This document shows, piece by piece, positions 33,783 to 43,648 of a stretch of 64,000 bases of DNA (positions are counted from its first letter, which is position 1; every line of letters begins with the position of its first letter). Source of the DNA: Escherichia phage dw-ec; sequence record OL739525.1. One strand, given 5' to 3'. The notes under the pieces were generated by a model. It was not told where the DNA came from. It worked only from the letters and a program-made list of their open reading frames with translations, and searched no databases. Both the position numbers and the translations under genes were made by a program.

Positions 33783-34331
33783 ATGCTGAATGCGGTAGAG
33801 TTGGCACCACTGATCCGAATTCTTGTTTATAACCCTTCTCAAGAAGTATTGCCAGATGCAATGCTGATTCAGATCATCCAAACTTGGATTGATATTATAG
33901 GGAATGAAGATAAGGATAAGTGTGCAGTATTGTGGAACAGCTTGATTTCTGTTTTAGAGTATTTATGGAACAACGATGTTCTTAACAATAGTACTCAAAC
34001 AGGAGGAGCTATGTCCCGCAGAGAAAAGATGGGTGAAGTCGAAGTTGAAGTTAAATTTAACAACGGTCAAGTAACTTATAAGTCTCCGTGGGAAGATATC
34101 TATCATAACTATTTAAATGGTCTTATGGTCATTCCTGGGTGCACGGCAGGACGAGGGGCAACCAGTAAAGTTCTTATTGGCGGTGTTGATGCTCGTGAGA
34201 TTGATCGAGTAAACAGCGATCCTAACTCTGTGAATGGTCTTGGTAATGTTGCAAGTGTTGATCGTAATACCCGCAACGTTAATTATTTGCGAAATTACGG
34301 ACCTGTTTCTTTTTATCGTAGGGACAAATAA
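33783..34331 (+). CDS. hypothetical head-tail joining protein
   Basis: ORF track; 182 aa. Confidence 0.4.
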   Translation: MLNAVELAPLIRILVYNPSQEVLPDAMLIQIIQTWIDIIGNEDKDKCAVLWNSLISVLEYLWNNDVLNNSTQTGGAMSRREKMGEVEVEVKFNNGQVTYKSPWEDIYHNYLNGLMVIPGCTAGRGATSKVLIGGVDAREIDRVNSDPNSVNGLGNVASVDRNTRNVNYLRNYGPVSFYRRDK

Positions 34332-34819
34332 TGGAAAGTGAGATCTTACCAGGTGATGATACAGATTGGGAAACCATTATCAAAAAGATGATGGATCTCG
34401 AACAAGTTCAAATCGAAGCTGGTTTTTTAACAAACAAAAGGCATCCTGAATCAGATCTCACTATTCCTGCAATAGCAGCTATTCAACAATATGGTAATGA
34501 AACAAATAACATACCTGCTCGTCCTTTTATAACAGATGGTGCTGTTATCTCACAGAACAATATCGCTAAAAAGATGAAGCAGGTTTTTGCAAATTACCTA
34601 ATGAACAATGTCGGATTAGCTGTTTTTGAGCCTATAGCGAGAGCCTCTAGAGAAGGAATAGCTCAAGCGATTGCAATGCAACGTTATCGTCCTTTATCTC
34701 CTGTGACAATTAAGATACGACAAGATAAAGGCAACTATTCTAATCATATCTTAATAGATACGGCATATATGATAAATGCAATCGAAACAAAAATCACAAA
34801 AAGCAAGTCTAAAAAATAA
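34331..34819 (+). CDS. hypothetical head-tail joining protein
   Basis: ORF track; ATGA start/stop overlap with upstream gene; 162 aa. Confidence 0.4.
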   Translation: MESEILPGDDTDWETIIKKMMDLEQVQIEAGFLTNKRHPESDLTIPAIAAIQQYGNETNNIPARPFITDGAVISQNNIAKKMKQVFANYLMNNVGLAVFEPIARASREGIAQAIAMQRYRPLSPVTIKIRQDKGNYSNHILIDTAYMINAIETKITKSKSKK

Positions 34820-34820
34820 C

Positions 34821-34849
34821 TTGCATAAACTTTGTTTTTGATGTATACT
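34821..34849 (+). promoter_or_regulatory. sigma70-like promoter (TTGCAT-17-TGTATACT)
   Basis: Near-consensus hexamers with extended -10 TG. Confidence 0.45.
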
Positions 34850-34864
34850 AAAAAGGAGATACAA

Positions 34865-35281
34865 GTGTTACTAGATCAATTTACTCTCCTTGATCTAACT
34901 GAATACCAAGGTCGTAGACGAGTCTACAAAGAGGCAGTTGGTTCAGTTATTGCTAACTTAGAAAGTAGTGTAGAATATGAACCATTTACTATTGAAGCGG
35001 CAAGCTTACAACCGATATCTGGTAAAACACTGAATGCACTACCTGAAGGTTACAGATCTAAGGCTCAATATAGTTTCTGGACTAAAACAGAAATGAAGGG
35101 GTTACAACAAGGAACAGAACAGTTATCAGATCAGATATTGATAGATGGTAAATGGTATTCTGTTTATTCCCTTAAAGATTGGACCAGAACATCTTTCTTA
35201 GTCCATCATCACTGTGTTGCGATATTAGACGATCAAAACAACTCCTGGTCTTATGGAACAGAAGGAGGAAACTTTGGCTAA
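34865..35281 (+). CDS. hypothetical tail/connector protein (about 138 aa)
   Basis: Track ORF 34832..35281 trimmed to GTG after AAAAGGAG RBS, downstream of the promoter -10. Confidence 0.4.
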   Translation: MLLDQFTLLDLTEYQGRRRVYKEAVGSVIANLESSVEYEPFTIEAASLQPISGKTLNALPEGYRSKAQYSFWTKTEMKGLQQGTEQLSDQILIDGKWYSVYSLKDWTRTSFLVHHHCVAILDDQNNSWSYGTEGGNFG

Positions 35282-35912
35282 TATTTACCAACAAATAGAA
35301 GCATACGAAAATGCCATCTACTTAAATATAGGTGGCTTCCTTCAAGAATTAGTGGGGTTGCCAGTCTATGTTATGGATAAGCCATTCATTAAACCGGATA
35401 CTCCTTACCTAGCACTACGTATTATCACTTCCAGCGATTCTGGAGGTTGGTCTTACCGAAGCTCTATTCAAAATGATATGTATTCCTACGAGATGGATAA
35501 TACCTACGAGATTGAACTTGTAGCCTATCGTGGAAGACCTACCACTTTGATGAGCTATGTTCTGGCTGCTCTCCGTGGTGCAGAGGAATTAAAATACAAA
35601 CATCTCTATTCTAAAGGTCTTGGTTTTTTAGGAGCCTCTAATATAGCTCAAGCCAATACAATTGTAGACGGAGATAAGACTGAATTAAGAGCGCGTATGG
35701 TTATGACGTTCAACACTCGTATGAGTATTGAAGATATTGCTACTACACCAATAGAAGCAATCAACATGCACATCCGTTCATTCAGAGATAGTTACAATGA
35801 TCCTATCCCTTTAGATTTAATTCTAAACAGGGTTTATGCAATTACTTTGGTTCCAGGCGAATACTCGTCAGTTAATCAAAATGGATCATTATTTAACAAC
35901 CCTACCGAATAA
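35253..35912 (+). CDS. hypothetical tail protein (219 aa)
   Basis: ORF track; AAGGAGG RBS; overlaps upstream gene by 29 nt. Confidence 0.4.
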   Translation: MEQKEETLANIYQQIEAYENAIYLNIGGFLQELVGLPVYVMDKPFIKPDTPYLALRIITSSDSGGWSYRSSIQNDMYSYEMDNTYEIELVAYRGRPTTLMSYVLAALRGAEELKYKHLYSKGLGFLGASNIAQANTIVDGDKTELRARMVMTFNTRMSIEDIATTPIEAINMHIRSFRDSYNDPIPLDLILNRVYAITLVPGEYSSVNQNGSLFNNPTE

Positions 35913-35946
35913 ACTCATTGGAATTAAGTTTCTAACAGGAGCATAA

Positions 35947-37320
35947 ATGGCAACTTTTCGTGAAAAGGTAGCAACCGTAACTTTACTGTATGGTGCTACA
36001 TCAATTCGTGAAACCCAGTTCGATATTCCCCTGATCCTTACAGGTCAGAACGTAACTGGCGAAGCGATTCAATATTACTCTTCTTCCGATGCACTTTTGG
36101 AAGCAGGTTATGGATTAAATGATCCAGCGTATATTATGGCAGTCAAACTGTTTAACGGTTTGTTCCCACCAGATCAAGTCATGGTTGGTAAGCGTGAAGT
36201 TACAAACTTTACTCTAACTCCAATCGTAGAAGATAGTGCAACTTACACAATTACCATCAAAAATGGTACCAAGAAAAAAGAATTTAAATTCATTGCTGAT
36301 GACACTGCAACTGCACAAGAGATTGTAGTTGGTCTGACTGAAATGATCAATGCAGATCTTGTTTATGGCCCACTGTTTACAGTAGCTAACAACGGCGCTG
36401 CAATGACTTTCACTCCAGTAGAAGGTAAGTTTGGTTCTATTGACAGCACAGGTTTCACTCAAGAAACTGTCTATGCTAATGCTATTACGGAAGATATTGC
36501 TGCTCTGCATGATATTGATAGTAGCTGGTTCTGGACCCTTTCAGATTCCCATGAAACAGAAGATGTTCTAGCTTTGGCTGCATGGGTAGAAGAGAATGAT
36601 AAAGTTTACTTCTTCTCTAGCTCTGAACCTGGAATTAAAACGAAAGCAGAAGATAACGTTCTGGAACGACTGAATGACCTCGGTTATAATAACACTTGCT
36701 TTGCTTTGTGGATGACCGATGCAGATTCTGTATTCCCAGAAGCAGCAGTTGTTGGTGCAATCTGTTCTCGTCAACCTGGTTTAACTACTCTTCACGGTAA
36801 AACACTGGTAGGTGTAGAGATCGAGAAACTGGATCAGACTTCGGAAAACAATATTGTTCAACAGAACGGCAACATCTATCGTAAAGAGCATGGAACTCTG
36901 TTCTATCGTGATGGATTGATGGTTAGCGGTTTCTTTGTTGACTATGTTGTTCATGCTTTGTGGTTTAAAGCTCGCACAGAAGAATCACTGTTTACACTGT
37001 TTAAACAACAGTCTATGCTGGGTGGTGGCGTTCGTGCTACTTCAAACGGTCTGGCTTTGATTCGACAAGCTGTTCTGGCTAACCCGATCCAAGTAGGTAT
37101 CCTCAACGGTTCCATCGCTAATGAAGTTGTTACTTCTGAAGAGACTGGTTTGCGTGTCGATCTGAAACCTATTGTTTATATTCCTTCTCGTGCTGATATG
37201 ACTGATGCGCAAATCAATGCTCGTCTGGTCGATGGGATGAAGATTGAATATGTTTACGCTGGCTTCTTCCATTACGTTAAAGTTCAGGTCAACGTCCTGA
37301 CTAACCGTACTGCAAACTAA
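35947..37320 (+). CDS. tail sheath protein
   Basis: 457 aa; precedes a small tube-sized gene, chaperone pair and tape measure; host-adapted codon usage. Confidence 0.5.
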   Translation: MATFREKVATVTLLYGATSIRETQFDIPLILTGQNVTGEAIQYYSSSDALLEAGYGLNDPAYIMAVKLFNGLFPPDQVMVGKREVTNFTLTPIVEDSATYTITIKNGTKKKEFKFIADDTATAQEIVVGLTEMINADLVYGPLFTVANNGAAMTFTPVEGKFGSIDSTGFTQETVYANAITEDIAALHDIDSSWFWTLSDSHETEDVLALAAWVEENDKVYFFSSSEPGIKTKAEDNVLERLNDLGYNNTCFALWMTDADSVFPEAAVVGAICSRQPGLTTLHGKTLVGVEIEKLDQTSENNIVQQNGNIYRKEHGTLFYRDGLMVSGFFVDYVVHALWFKARTEESLFTLFKQQSMLGGGVRATSNGLALIRQAVLANPIQVGILNGSIANEVVTSEETGLRVDLKPIVYIPSRADMTDAQINARLVDGMKIEYVYAGFFHYVKVQVNVLTNRTAN

Positions 37321-37366
37321 TACGGCGGGGGTTAAGCCCCCGTTATCAAAATAAAGAGGATCTATA

Positions 37367-37846
37367 ATGGATAAAATGCTTACTGGCGTAATGGCCTACG
37401 ACCCATCTCAAGTTATCCTTTCATTAGGTGGTTGGGAACCGTGGGGTTTTGCGGCTGATACTAAAATCGTTATTGCTAAATCTAACGATATTATCAACCC
37501 TTATTCAGGGACTGATGGTGACGTTTCACTAGCTTTGAGTCGTAACCGTTTGGGAACACTCACAATGTCTTTGCAACGCACATCTCCAGCTAACGAAGTA
37601 CTTGCAACATATGCACAAACAATGTATTCTACTCGTCAAGTAGCATTCAGCGTTTACTTGGAAGACCCACGTGGCTATTACATTAGCACGATTGGATGGA
37701 TTCAAAGTCAGCCTGAAGATACTATTGGCGAAATGATTACAGAGAACCAATGGGTTATTGGTCTTAAAGATGCAAGCCTTCTGCGTAATGAAGTTGGTGT
37801 AGGTTTGAGCACCCTTAACTCAATCTCTGCTCTGACAATTCAATAA
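37367..37846 (+). CDS. tail tube protein
   Basis: 159 aa between sheath and chaperone genes. Confidence 0.45.
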   Translation: MDKMLTGVMAYDPSQVILSLGGWEPWGFAADTKIVIAKSNDIINPYSGTDGDVSLALSRNRLGTLTMSLQRTSPANEVLATYAQTMYSTRQVAFSVYLEDPRGYYISTIGWIQSQPEDTIGEMITENQWVIGLKDASLLRNEVGVGLSTLNSISALTIQ

Positions 37847-37852
37847 TAAATA

Positions 37853-37875
37853 AAGGGCAGAAATGCCCTTTTTAT
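37853..37875 (+). terminator. intrinsic terminator after tube gene
   Basis: AAGGGCA-GAAA-TGCCCTT hairpin followed by TTTTT. Confidence 0.55.
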
Positions 37876-37891
37876 CATTAGAGAGGAAAAT

Positions 37892-38374
37892 ATGTCACAA
37901 GAACAAGATAACACAATTCAAAAATATGCTCGACCAGAAGAAGTAGTTGAGATTCCGTTAGATGGAAACAGATCTGTTACTTTCCGTATTATGAAGTGGA
38001 GTCCATCTAAAGTGTTTGACAGGATTCCAGAATTAGGTAGTGTTCTGGTTGTTCCTATGACTATGTATAGCACAGCAACAATGTCCGCAGACGAAGACCT
38101 TGAGTCACGTATTGCTATGGCACTGATCCAACTTTTTGCAGGTTTGGAAGAAAAGAATTTAACTGTCTTTTTGCGTAAAATTTTAGATGAGGTTTATACT
38201 CAAGACGGTTATAACGTTGCAGAAAATTTTGATGAATTATTTATGGCTCACCCAGAACTAGTGTTAGATCTTACTGCTAAAGTTCTGGAGGTAAACTACG
38301 GCCCTTTTTTCAAACGAGGTTTCGGAAAACTGTTCACACAGCTTCAGGCGATGACGAGTTTAGCAGCAAATTAA
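37892..38374 (+). CDS. tail assembly chaperone (short form)
   Basis: 160 aa acidic protein immediately upstream of tape measure; overlapped by a -1 frame ORF at its end. Confidence 0.5.
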   Translation: MSQEQDNTIQKYARPEEVVEIPLDGNRSVTFRIMKWSPSKVFDRIPELGSVLVVPMTMYSTATMSADEDLESRIAMALIQLFAGLEEKNLTVFLRKILDEVYTQDGYNVAENFDELFMAHPELVLDLTAKVLEVNYGPFFKRGFGKLFTQLQAMTSLAAN

Positions 38375-38640
38375 CACCTGCGATTGAACATGCTATCGAC
38401 ACAGCAACGAAAACCCTTACTTTGAAGTGGTATGAGGTTATTCTTTGCAAAGTCGTTAAAGATACCTCGGAAACACTGAAAACATTGGATAACTACGGTG
38501 TAGATTATCTTTTAAAACTATATGAGTATTTAACATACGAAGAGTATGTTGAAGCCATGTATGTTAAAGACACTTCAATAAAGAGAAAACATCAAAACCA
38601 GACAAATAAAATGTCAGATTTGTTTAAGAAACTTGTTTAA
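38281..38640 (+). CDS. -1 frame extension ORF (long-form tail assembly chaperone C-terminus)
   Basis: -1 frame open from about 38281 through track ORF 38422..38640; overlaps chaperone 3-prime end by about 94 nt; no independent RBS or ATG. Confidence 0.4.
   Translation, partial: SSGGKLRPFFQTRFRKTVHTASGDDEFSSKLTPAIEHAIDTATKTLTLKWYEVILCKVVKDTSETLKTLDNYGVDYLLKLYEYLTYEEYVEAMYVKDTSIKRKHQNQTNKMSDLFKKLV
38305..38311 (+). other. candidate -1 programmed frameshift slippery heptamer T_TTT_TTC
   Basis: X_XXY_YYZ heptamer in the chaperone zero frame (codons P-F-F) inside the overlap where the -1 frame is open. Confidence 0.4.
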
Positions 38641-38660
38641 TCCAACACGAGGAACATACT

Positions 38661-40649
38661 TTGTTAGAAATTAACGCCTCCAAAATTAGTAACGTGGTTA
38701 CGTTTAAGGTGGACAAGAACAGTCTCAAGGAAGCAAAAGATGCCGTGTTGAGTGTTCAGAAGTTTGCAAATAAAATGCAACCCACTATGAACATGACCAA
38801 GTTTAGACAACAAATGAAAGAGATTGAGCGTGAACTTAAGAAAGCTCAAACTCAAAGTCAAAAACCTATGCGAGCACCTACTCCCGCTGGAGCGGGTGCT
38901 CCTGTAGGTGGATCTGGCAGACCAAGAACTCCTAAAACCCCGCAAGGAAGAGAAGAAGAAAAAGCTCGTAAAGCGGCTGAACGCGAAGCTAAAGCAGCAG
39001 CACGTAGGGAAGACTTAGGTAATCTTCGTTTGCAAAACTTTAACTACCGAGCAAAAGCATTTAGTAAAGCCAGCCCTGGCGCTATGCAAGAAGCTAGAGA
39101 CGTTATGGGTAAAGCTGTAGAGCAATACAAAAAGGGTGAAATAACTCTTCAACGTATGAACCAAGCTCTTGCTCACCAGTTAGATGCCTTACGCAGATCT
39201 CATCGTGAAAAGAATGCTGAAATAGAAGACGAGGTTCGCGGTCGTCGCCGTATTCGTAGAGAGCTAGAAGCAGAAGCTAAAATGCGTATACGTATGCGAA
39301 ATCGTGAACTTAGAGATATAGAACGCAACCGTAAGCGTGAATTAGCTCAACAAAAACGTGATCGTGATCGTCGATATGGACAATTAAAAGAAGGTGCAGC
39401 AGGTCTTAATCCACGTATGATTGCATCCTCTTTGATAGGTGCTGGGCTGTTTGCAGGTGGTTCTGTAGTTGGTAACACGTTGATGAATACTAACGAAAGA
39501 ATTAAACTTGTAAGTCGTGGCGCTGAAAACGTTCAGACAAACGCCAACGCTATTTTGGCAATGACAGCTTGGGGTGAACAGAACGGTGTAGACTCTGCAA
39601 ATATTATTAAATCAATAGATAATATTAAAGACGTTCGTGAACGTCTTGGTAATACAGTTTTAGCCTCAAAATGGAATGAGAAAGAAGGGAAGTGGAAAGG
39701 CGGTGATAATGGCATAAATGACATTATGAACTTGTTTGGATGGAATCCAGAACAGCTTAAACCTTTACAGAACGACCCTTTAGCTTTTATTCAGGCTACT
39801 GTTAATGAAGGTGAGCGTCGAGGTATGAACTCTGCTCAAATCGGGCGACTTCTTGAAAACCTTGGTGACGACCTTATGCACTACCAGCGCATGTTTAGTA
39901 AAAACGGCGAAGGGTATAATGAGGTATTGAAAATGCTTCAAAGAACAGGTGCAACATTAACTCAAGAACAAATAGATGCTTCTAAAGAGTTTACTCGTTT
40001 TGCTGCAACAGTTCAGCTTGTAGGTCAAGGTATGCAGAACCATTTCTTAGAGGGTTTTGTGAAAGCCTTACCTAAAGATGATTCTTGGTTGGATAACGTT
40101 AAAGTGCTAGATCAGTTTGCCAAAGATTTAGGTGAAGAACTTGGTAAAACAACAGTTCAACTTGGTGGTTTTGCTAAAGAATTGGGAGATGGTTTCGGAT
40201 CTTTTACCAATTGGCTTAAAGAAACATTCCCAGATACCTTCGGAGACAACACAGATCCTAATAAATCTATGGCACAAAAAGCATACGAGGCAACGCAAAG
40301 TGGAGACAGTAACCCTGTAGCAGATTGGTTGTACAATTTAACAGGTATTGATACACAAGATATTGGTCGTATGTGGAGAGGAGAACAAACAAGGACACGT
40401 GCTTTTGGATTTGGTAATCCTCTTGAAGATTTACGTGAATCAGCCTATACACCTAACGTAAGTTTGGCTCGTAATCAACCTGTTGTTGAGAATACGGTAG
40501 CAATACCAAGTGATCTTATCAAAGTTACGATCAGCCCTTCTTCCGAGTTTGGAAATATTCTTGATGCAAGAATTCAAAATAGCGGAAATAGCATTTTCCA
40601 ACGTTTGTCTCTTTCAACTCTAAGTGGACAATCTAACACTGGTGGTTAA
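38661..40649 (+). CDS. tail tape measure protein
   Basis: 662 aa; long Arg/Glu/Ala-rich coiled-coil segments and Gly-rich hydrophobic stretch; position after chaperone pair. Confidence 0.7.
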   Translation: MLEINASKISNVVTFKVDKNSLKEAKDAVLSVQKFANKMQPTMNMTKFRQQMKEIERELKKAQTQSQKPMRAPTPAGAGAPVGGSGRPRTPKTPQGREEEKARKAAEREAKAAARREDLGNLRLQNFNYRAKAFSKASPGAMQEARDVMGKAVEQYKKGEITLQRMNQALAHQLDALRRSHREKNAEIEDEVRGRRRIRRELEAEAKMRIRMRNRELRDIERNRKRELAQQKRDRDRRYGQLKEGAAGLNPRMIASSLIGAGLFAGGSVVGNTLMNTNERIKLVSRGAENVQTNANAILAMTAWGEQNGVDSANIIKSIDNIKDVRERLGNTVLASKWNEKEGKWKGGDNGINDIMNLFGWNPEQLKPLQNDPLAFIQATVNEGERRGMNSAQIGRLLENLGDDLMHYQRMFSKNGEGYNEVLKMLQRTGATLTQEQIDASKEFTRFAATVQLVGQGMQNHFLEGFVKALPKDDSWLDNVKVLDQFAKDLGEELGKTTVQLGGFAKELGDGFGSFTNWLKETFPDTFGDNTDPNKSMAQKAYEATQSGDSNPVADWLYNLTGIDTQDIGRMWRGEQTRTRAFGFGNPLEDLRESAYTPNVSLARNQPVVENTVAIPSDLIKVTISPSSEFGNILDARIQNSGNSIFQRLSLSTLSGQSNTGG

Positions 40650-40656
40650 TAAAATA

Positions 40657-40678
40657 CCTCGCTTCGGCGGGGTTTTTT
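40657..40678 (+). terminator. intrinsic terminator after tape measure gene
   Basis: CCTCGC-TTCG-GCGGGG hairpin followed by TTTTTT. Confidence 0.6.
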
Positions 40679-40686
40679 CGTTTCCC

Positions 40687-40716
40687 TTGACACGAAGTTT
40701 CTATATGTGTTACAAT
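40687..40716 (+). promoter_or_regulatory. sigma70-like promoter (TTGACA-18-TGtTACAAT)
   Basis: Consensus hexamers with extended -10 upstream of baseplate genes. Confidence 0.5.
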
Positions 40717-40775
40717 AATCAATATGGGAAGATCTTGCATCTTCCTTTTGGCATTATCATTACTACGAGGTTATC

Positions 40776-41477
40776 ATGGCAGCAATGACTCCACAACAGT
40801 CGGTGAGAGCCGTCTATAAGGCAGAACAGGAAATCAACTCTACCGAGAATAAAAATACCTCGGCATCTACTGTAAAGGGTGATAATGGTTTCTGCATTTT
40901 AGCAAGTGTTTATAATAGTTCAAGTGATCAATACATTCAAAACTTTAAAGCAATTACTTTCGATTCAGTCCCTGAAATAGGTGTAACTCGTGAGGCAGAT
41001 GTTACAAGTTTTCCAGTAGAATCAGGATCGGATGTAAGCGACCACGTTCAAATAAAAAACAACAGATTTAAACTTTCAGGTATAATTACCGAAACACCAA
41101 TTCGGCTTATGCGAGATCAATTATACAGTGCAGGTGTAAATGGGGCAAGGATTTCTCAAGCAATAGAATATCTAGATCAAATATTTGAGTCAAGACAACC
41201 AATAGTTCTTTTGACAGAACACAGAACTTTTGAAAATGTTATTCTCAAAGGTTATTCATATGATTATAAATCTGAATTTGCTATGCAATTTGATTTAGAG
41301 TTTGAACAAATCCGTCTCGTTTCTAAGGCCACTACTAACGCTATTGCTGTAAAAACAGCACCAAATAAGTCAACTGGTGGTGATGTGAAAGGTCAAGTTG
41401 CTTCTAATGGTCCTAAGTCAGATATTACAGTAAGAACTGCTGAAGCTACTAATACCCCAACAAACAATGGAGGTTAA
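40776..41477 (+). CDS. tail/baseplate protein (P2 gpU-position)
   Basis: 233 aa; gene order after tape measure. Confidence 0.35.
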   Translation: MAAMTPQQSVRAVYKAEQEINSTENKNTSASTVKGDNGFCILASVYNSSSDQYIQNFKAITFDSVPEIGVTREADVTSFPVESGSDVSDHVQIKNNRFKLSGIITETPIRLMRDQLYSAGVNGARISQAIEYLDQIFESRQPIVLLTEHRTFENVILKGYSYDYKSEFAMQFDLEFEQIRLVSKATTNAIAVKTAPNKSTGGDVKGQVASNGPKSDITVRTAEATNTPTNNGG

Positions 41478-41479
41478 TA

Positions 41480-41893
41480 GTGACAACTTATTCTAAAACA
41501 ACAAGGTCTACAAGTAATACTGGCTACAGTGCAGTTTATCTGGAGGACCATTCTACTTATTTTGCATGGTATCTGAAAACTGAAGAGTACCCCGATCAAA
41601 CATATACAGTTACATTGGATGGAGTTGATTATGACATTCGTTTAAGGTGGAACACTAGGGACGAATCTTGGCAATGTCAAATGGGATTATCTGGAGATGA
41701 TCCGAGTATAAGTTTCAAAGTTACAAATGGTTTAGATCTTCTTAAACCTTATAAATATCTTGAAAGTGTACCAGATGGTCAATTGTATATAGTAGATACA
41801 GTTAAGATTAATGGTCGTCCTGGGTATACAACTACAGGTCGAGATAAACGTTTTGTATTGGTTTATATTGATAACAAACCTAATCAGGCGTAA
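41480..41893 (+). CDS. hypothetical tail protein
   Basis: 137 aa; ORF track. Confidence 0.35.
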   Translation: MTTYSKTTRSTSNTGYSAVYLEDHSTYFAWYLKTEEYPDQTYTVTLDGVDYDIRLRWNTRDESWQCQMGLSGDDPSISFKVTNGLDLLKPYKYLESVPDGQLYIVDTVKINGRPGYTTTGRDKRFVLVYIDNKPNQA

Positions 41894-41902
41894 GGAGATA
41901 AT

Positions 41903-42913
41903 ATGGCAGAAAGAGAGTATACAAAAGCTCCTGCCCCTAATTTAAACAGGGCATACAAATTATTAATTGGTTCTGCCACAAACACAATACAGAAGAGAAC
42001 TAAGAACTCGGCATTTAAATCTACAGTAGATTTGGATACCAAGTTAGGGACAACAGAAAAATCCTCTTCTAATTTGTATTTGTTGCAAGACCATCAAATA
42101 ACCTTCAGTATTAAGAAAGATAATAACAAAGATCCTAACCAAGCAGAGATTGTAGTTTATAACCTTTCAGATGATACTGTTAACTATATAAACCGTGGTA
42201 TCCGAAATAACTTGGCTGTTGCTTTAGCGGTAGGATACGAAGGTGAAGAGTTGGTTATGATCTTCAAAGGAACTATCCAGTGGGTTAGTGATACTTTTGA
42301 CTCGGTAGACAGGAAAACCACTTTACACTGTTTGGATGGTGGTATTAACATTGCAGAAGCAAGAACAAGCCGCAGTTACCCAAAAGGAACTAAAATCAAA
42401 CGTGTTGTGACAGATTTGGTAAAGGATTTAGGGACTACAGAAGGTAATATACATGTAGACAATGACCAAACCCTATCTTCAGCAACAGCTATGTGTGGGA
42501 ACACTTCACATTACCTAGAACATATTTGTAAGAGTATTGATCACAATGTGTCAATACAAGACGGATCTGTTTATGTTACTCCACGTTCCCAAATGTCTAG
42601 TGCACGTAGCGCCTACATTAGTCCTGAAACTGGTTTAATAGGAAGCCCAGAACCATTCCACAACGATATTAAACCTACTAAAAAAGTTACCAAATCCTCT
42701 AAGAAGGCAAAGAAACCTACAGATGGTGTTAAATTTAAATGCCAAATGAATGGTGCAATCTTACCAGAAAAAACAATCTGGTTAAAAAGCCGAGATTATG
42801 ATGGTCCATTTAAAGTAGTCTCTGTTTCCCACAATGGGGATAAAGAAGGTAAAGAGTGGGTTACTGAAGTGGAATGTGTATCCGTGTCTGAAATAATGAC
42901 TAAGGAGAAATAA
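41903..42913 (+). CDS. baseplate hub / late control gpD-like tail protein
   Basis: 336 aa; position and size consistent with P2 gpD-like protein. Confidence 0.4.
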   Translation: MAEREYTKAPAPNLNRAYKLLIGSATNTIQKRTKNSAFKSTVDLDTKLGTTEKSSSNLYLLQDHQITFSIKKDNNKDPNQAEIVVYNLSDDTVNYINRGIRNNLAVALAVGYEGEELVMIFKGTIQWVSDTFDSVDRKTTLHCLDGGINIAEARTSRSYPKGTKIKRVVTDLVKDLGTTEGNIHVDNDQTLSSATAMCGNTSHYLEHICKSIDHNVSIQDGSVYVTPRSQMSSARSAYISPETGLIGSPEPFHNDIKPTKKVTKSSKKAKKPTDGVKFKCQMNGAILPEKTIWLKSRDYDGPFKVVSVSHNGDKEGKEWVTEVECVSVSEIMTKEK

Positions 42914-43647
42914 TGGACGCATTAAATTTTGTCACAGCAATGCGTGGCTTAATGACAGAACAATTGGCAGAAGTCCATACAGCCCTGCCAGTCCGTGTGA
43001 CTGGCGTTAATTATGGTGCTAAGACTGTCACCTTAGAATCTATTGTTAAAAACACCCGATCTAGCGAAGATGAAATAGATTACCCTACTTTTGAAGATGT
43101 TCCTTTTATGGTTAATGGCGGTGGGACAGGAAGAATCTCATTCCCTATTAAAGCTGGCGATTTAGGAACTGTTATATTTTCTGAAAGAGATCCTTCTAAT
43201 GCACTGCAAACTAGTGGGGAAACCTCTTCATCATCCACTTTTATGCAGCCTTGTGGATTATACCCTATTTGTTTTATTCCTAAAATAGCTACAGGAACAG
43301 ATTCAACAGAAGCTGTAGATTCTGAAAAGGTAGTTATTTCTAATAACAAAAACACGTACGCTTCTTTCGACCCTACAGGTAATATTTCAATATGGAATAG
43401 TCAAGGGATGAAAATAGATATTACTACCTCCGGTATTACTATTACAGACGGCACAGGGACTTTGGATCTAAAAGGTGGTAATTTAACTTTCAAAGGCGGC
43501 GTAGCAGATATCAATGGTCTTAAAATAGATCAGAACGGTTTGATGACAGATGGTAATGGCATCGGATTCCATACTCACACGCACACGGTTCGTAATATTC
43601 AGAGCGGTAGCTCAAGTGCCGAGTCCTTAAAACCAACAGGAGCCTAA
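42913..43647 (+). CDS. baseplate central spike (gpV / gp5-like) with His-rich apex motif
   Basis: C-terminal repetitive Gly/Thr-rich region and HTHTHT motif near C-terminus; 244 aa. Confidence 0.45.
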   Translation: MDALNFVTAMRGLMTEQLAEVHTALPVRVTGVNYGAKTVTLESIVKNTRSSEDEIDYPTFEDVPFMVNGGGTGRISFPIKAGDLGTVIFSERDPSNALQTSGETSSSSTFMQPCGLYPICFIPKIATGTDSTEAVDSEKVVISNNKNTYASFDPTGNISIWNSQGMKIDITTSGITITDGTGTLDLKGGNLTFKGGVADINGLKIDQNGLMTDGNGIGFHTHTHTVRNIQSGSSSAESLKPTGA

Positions 43648-43648
43648 C

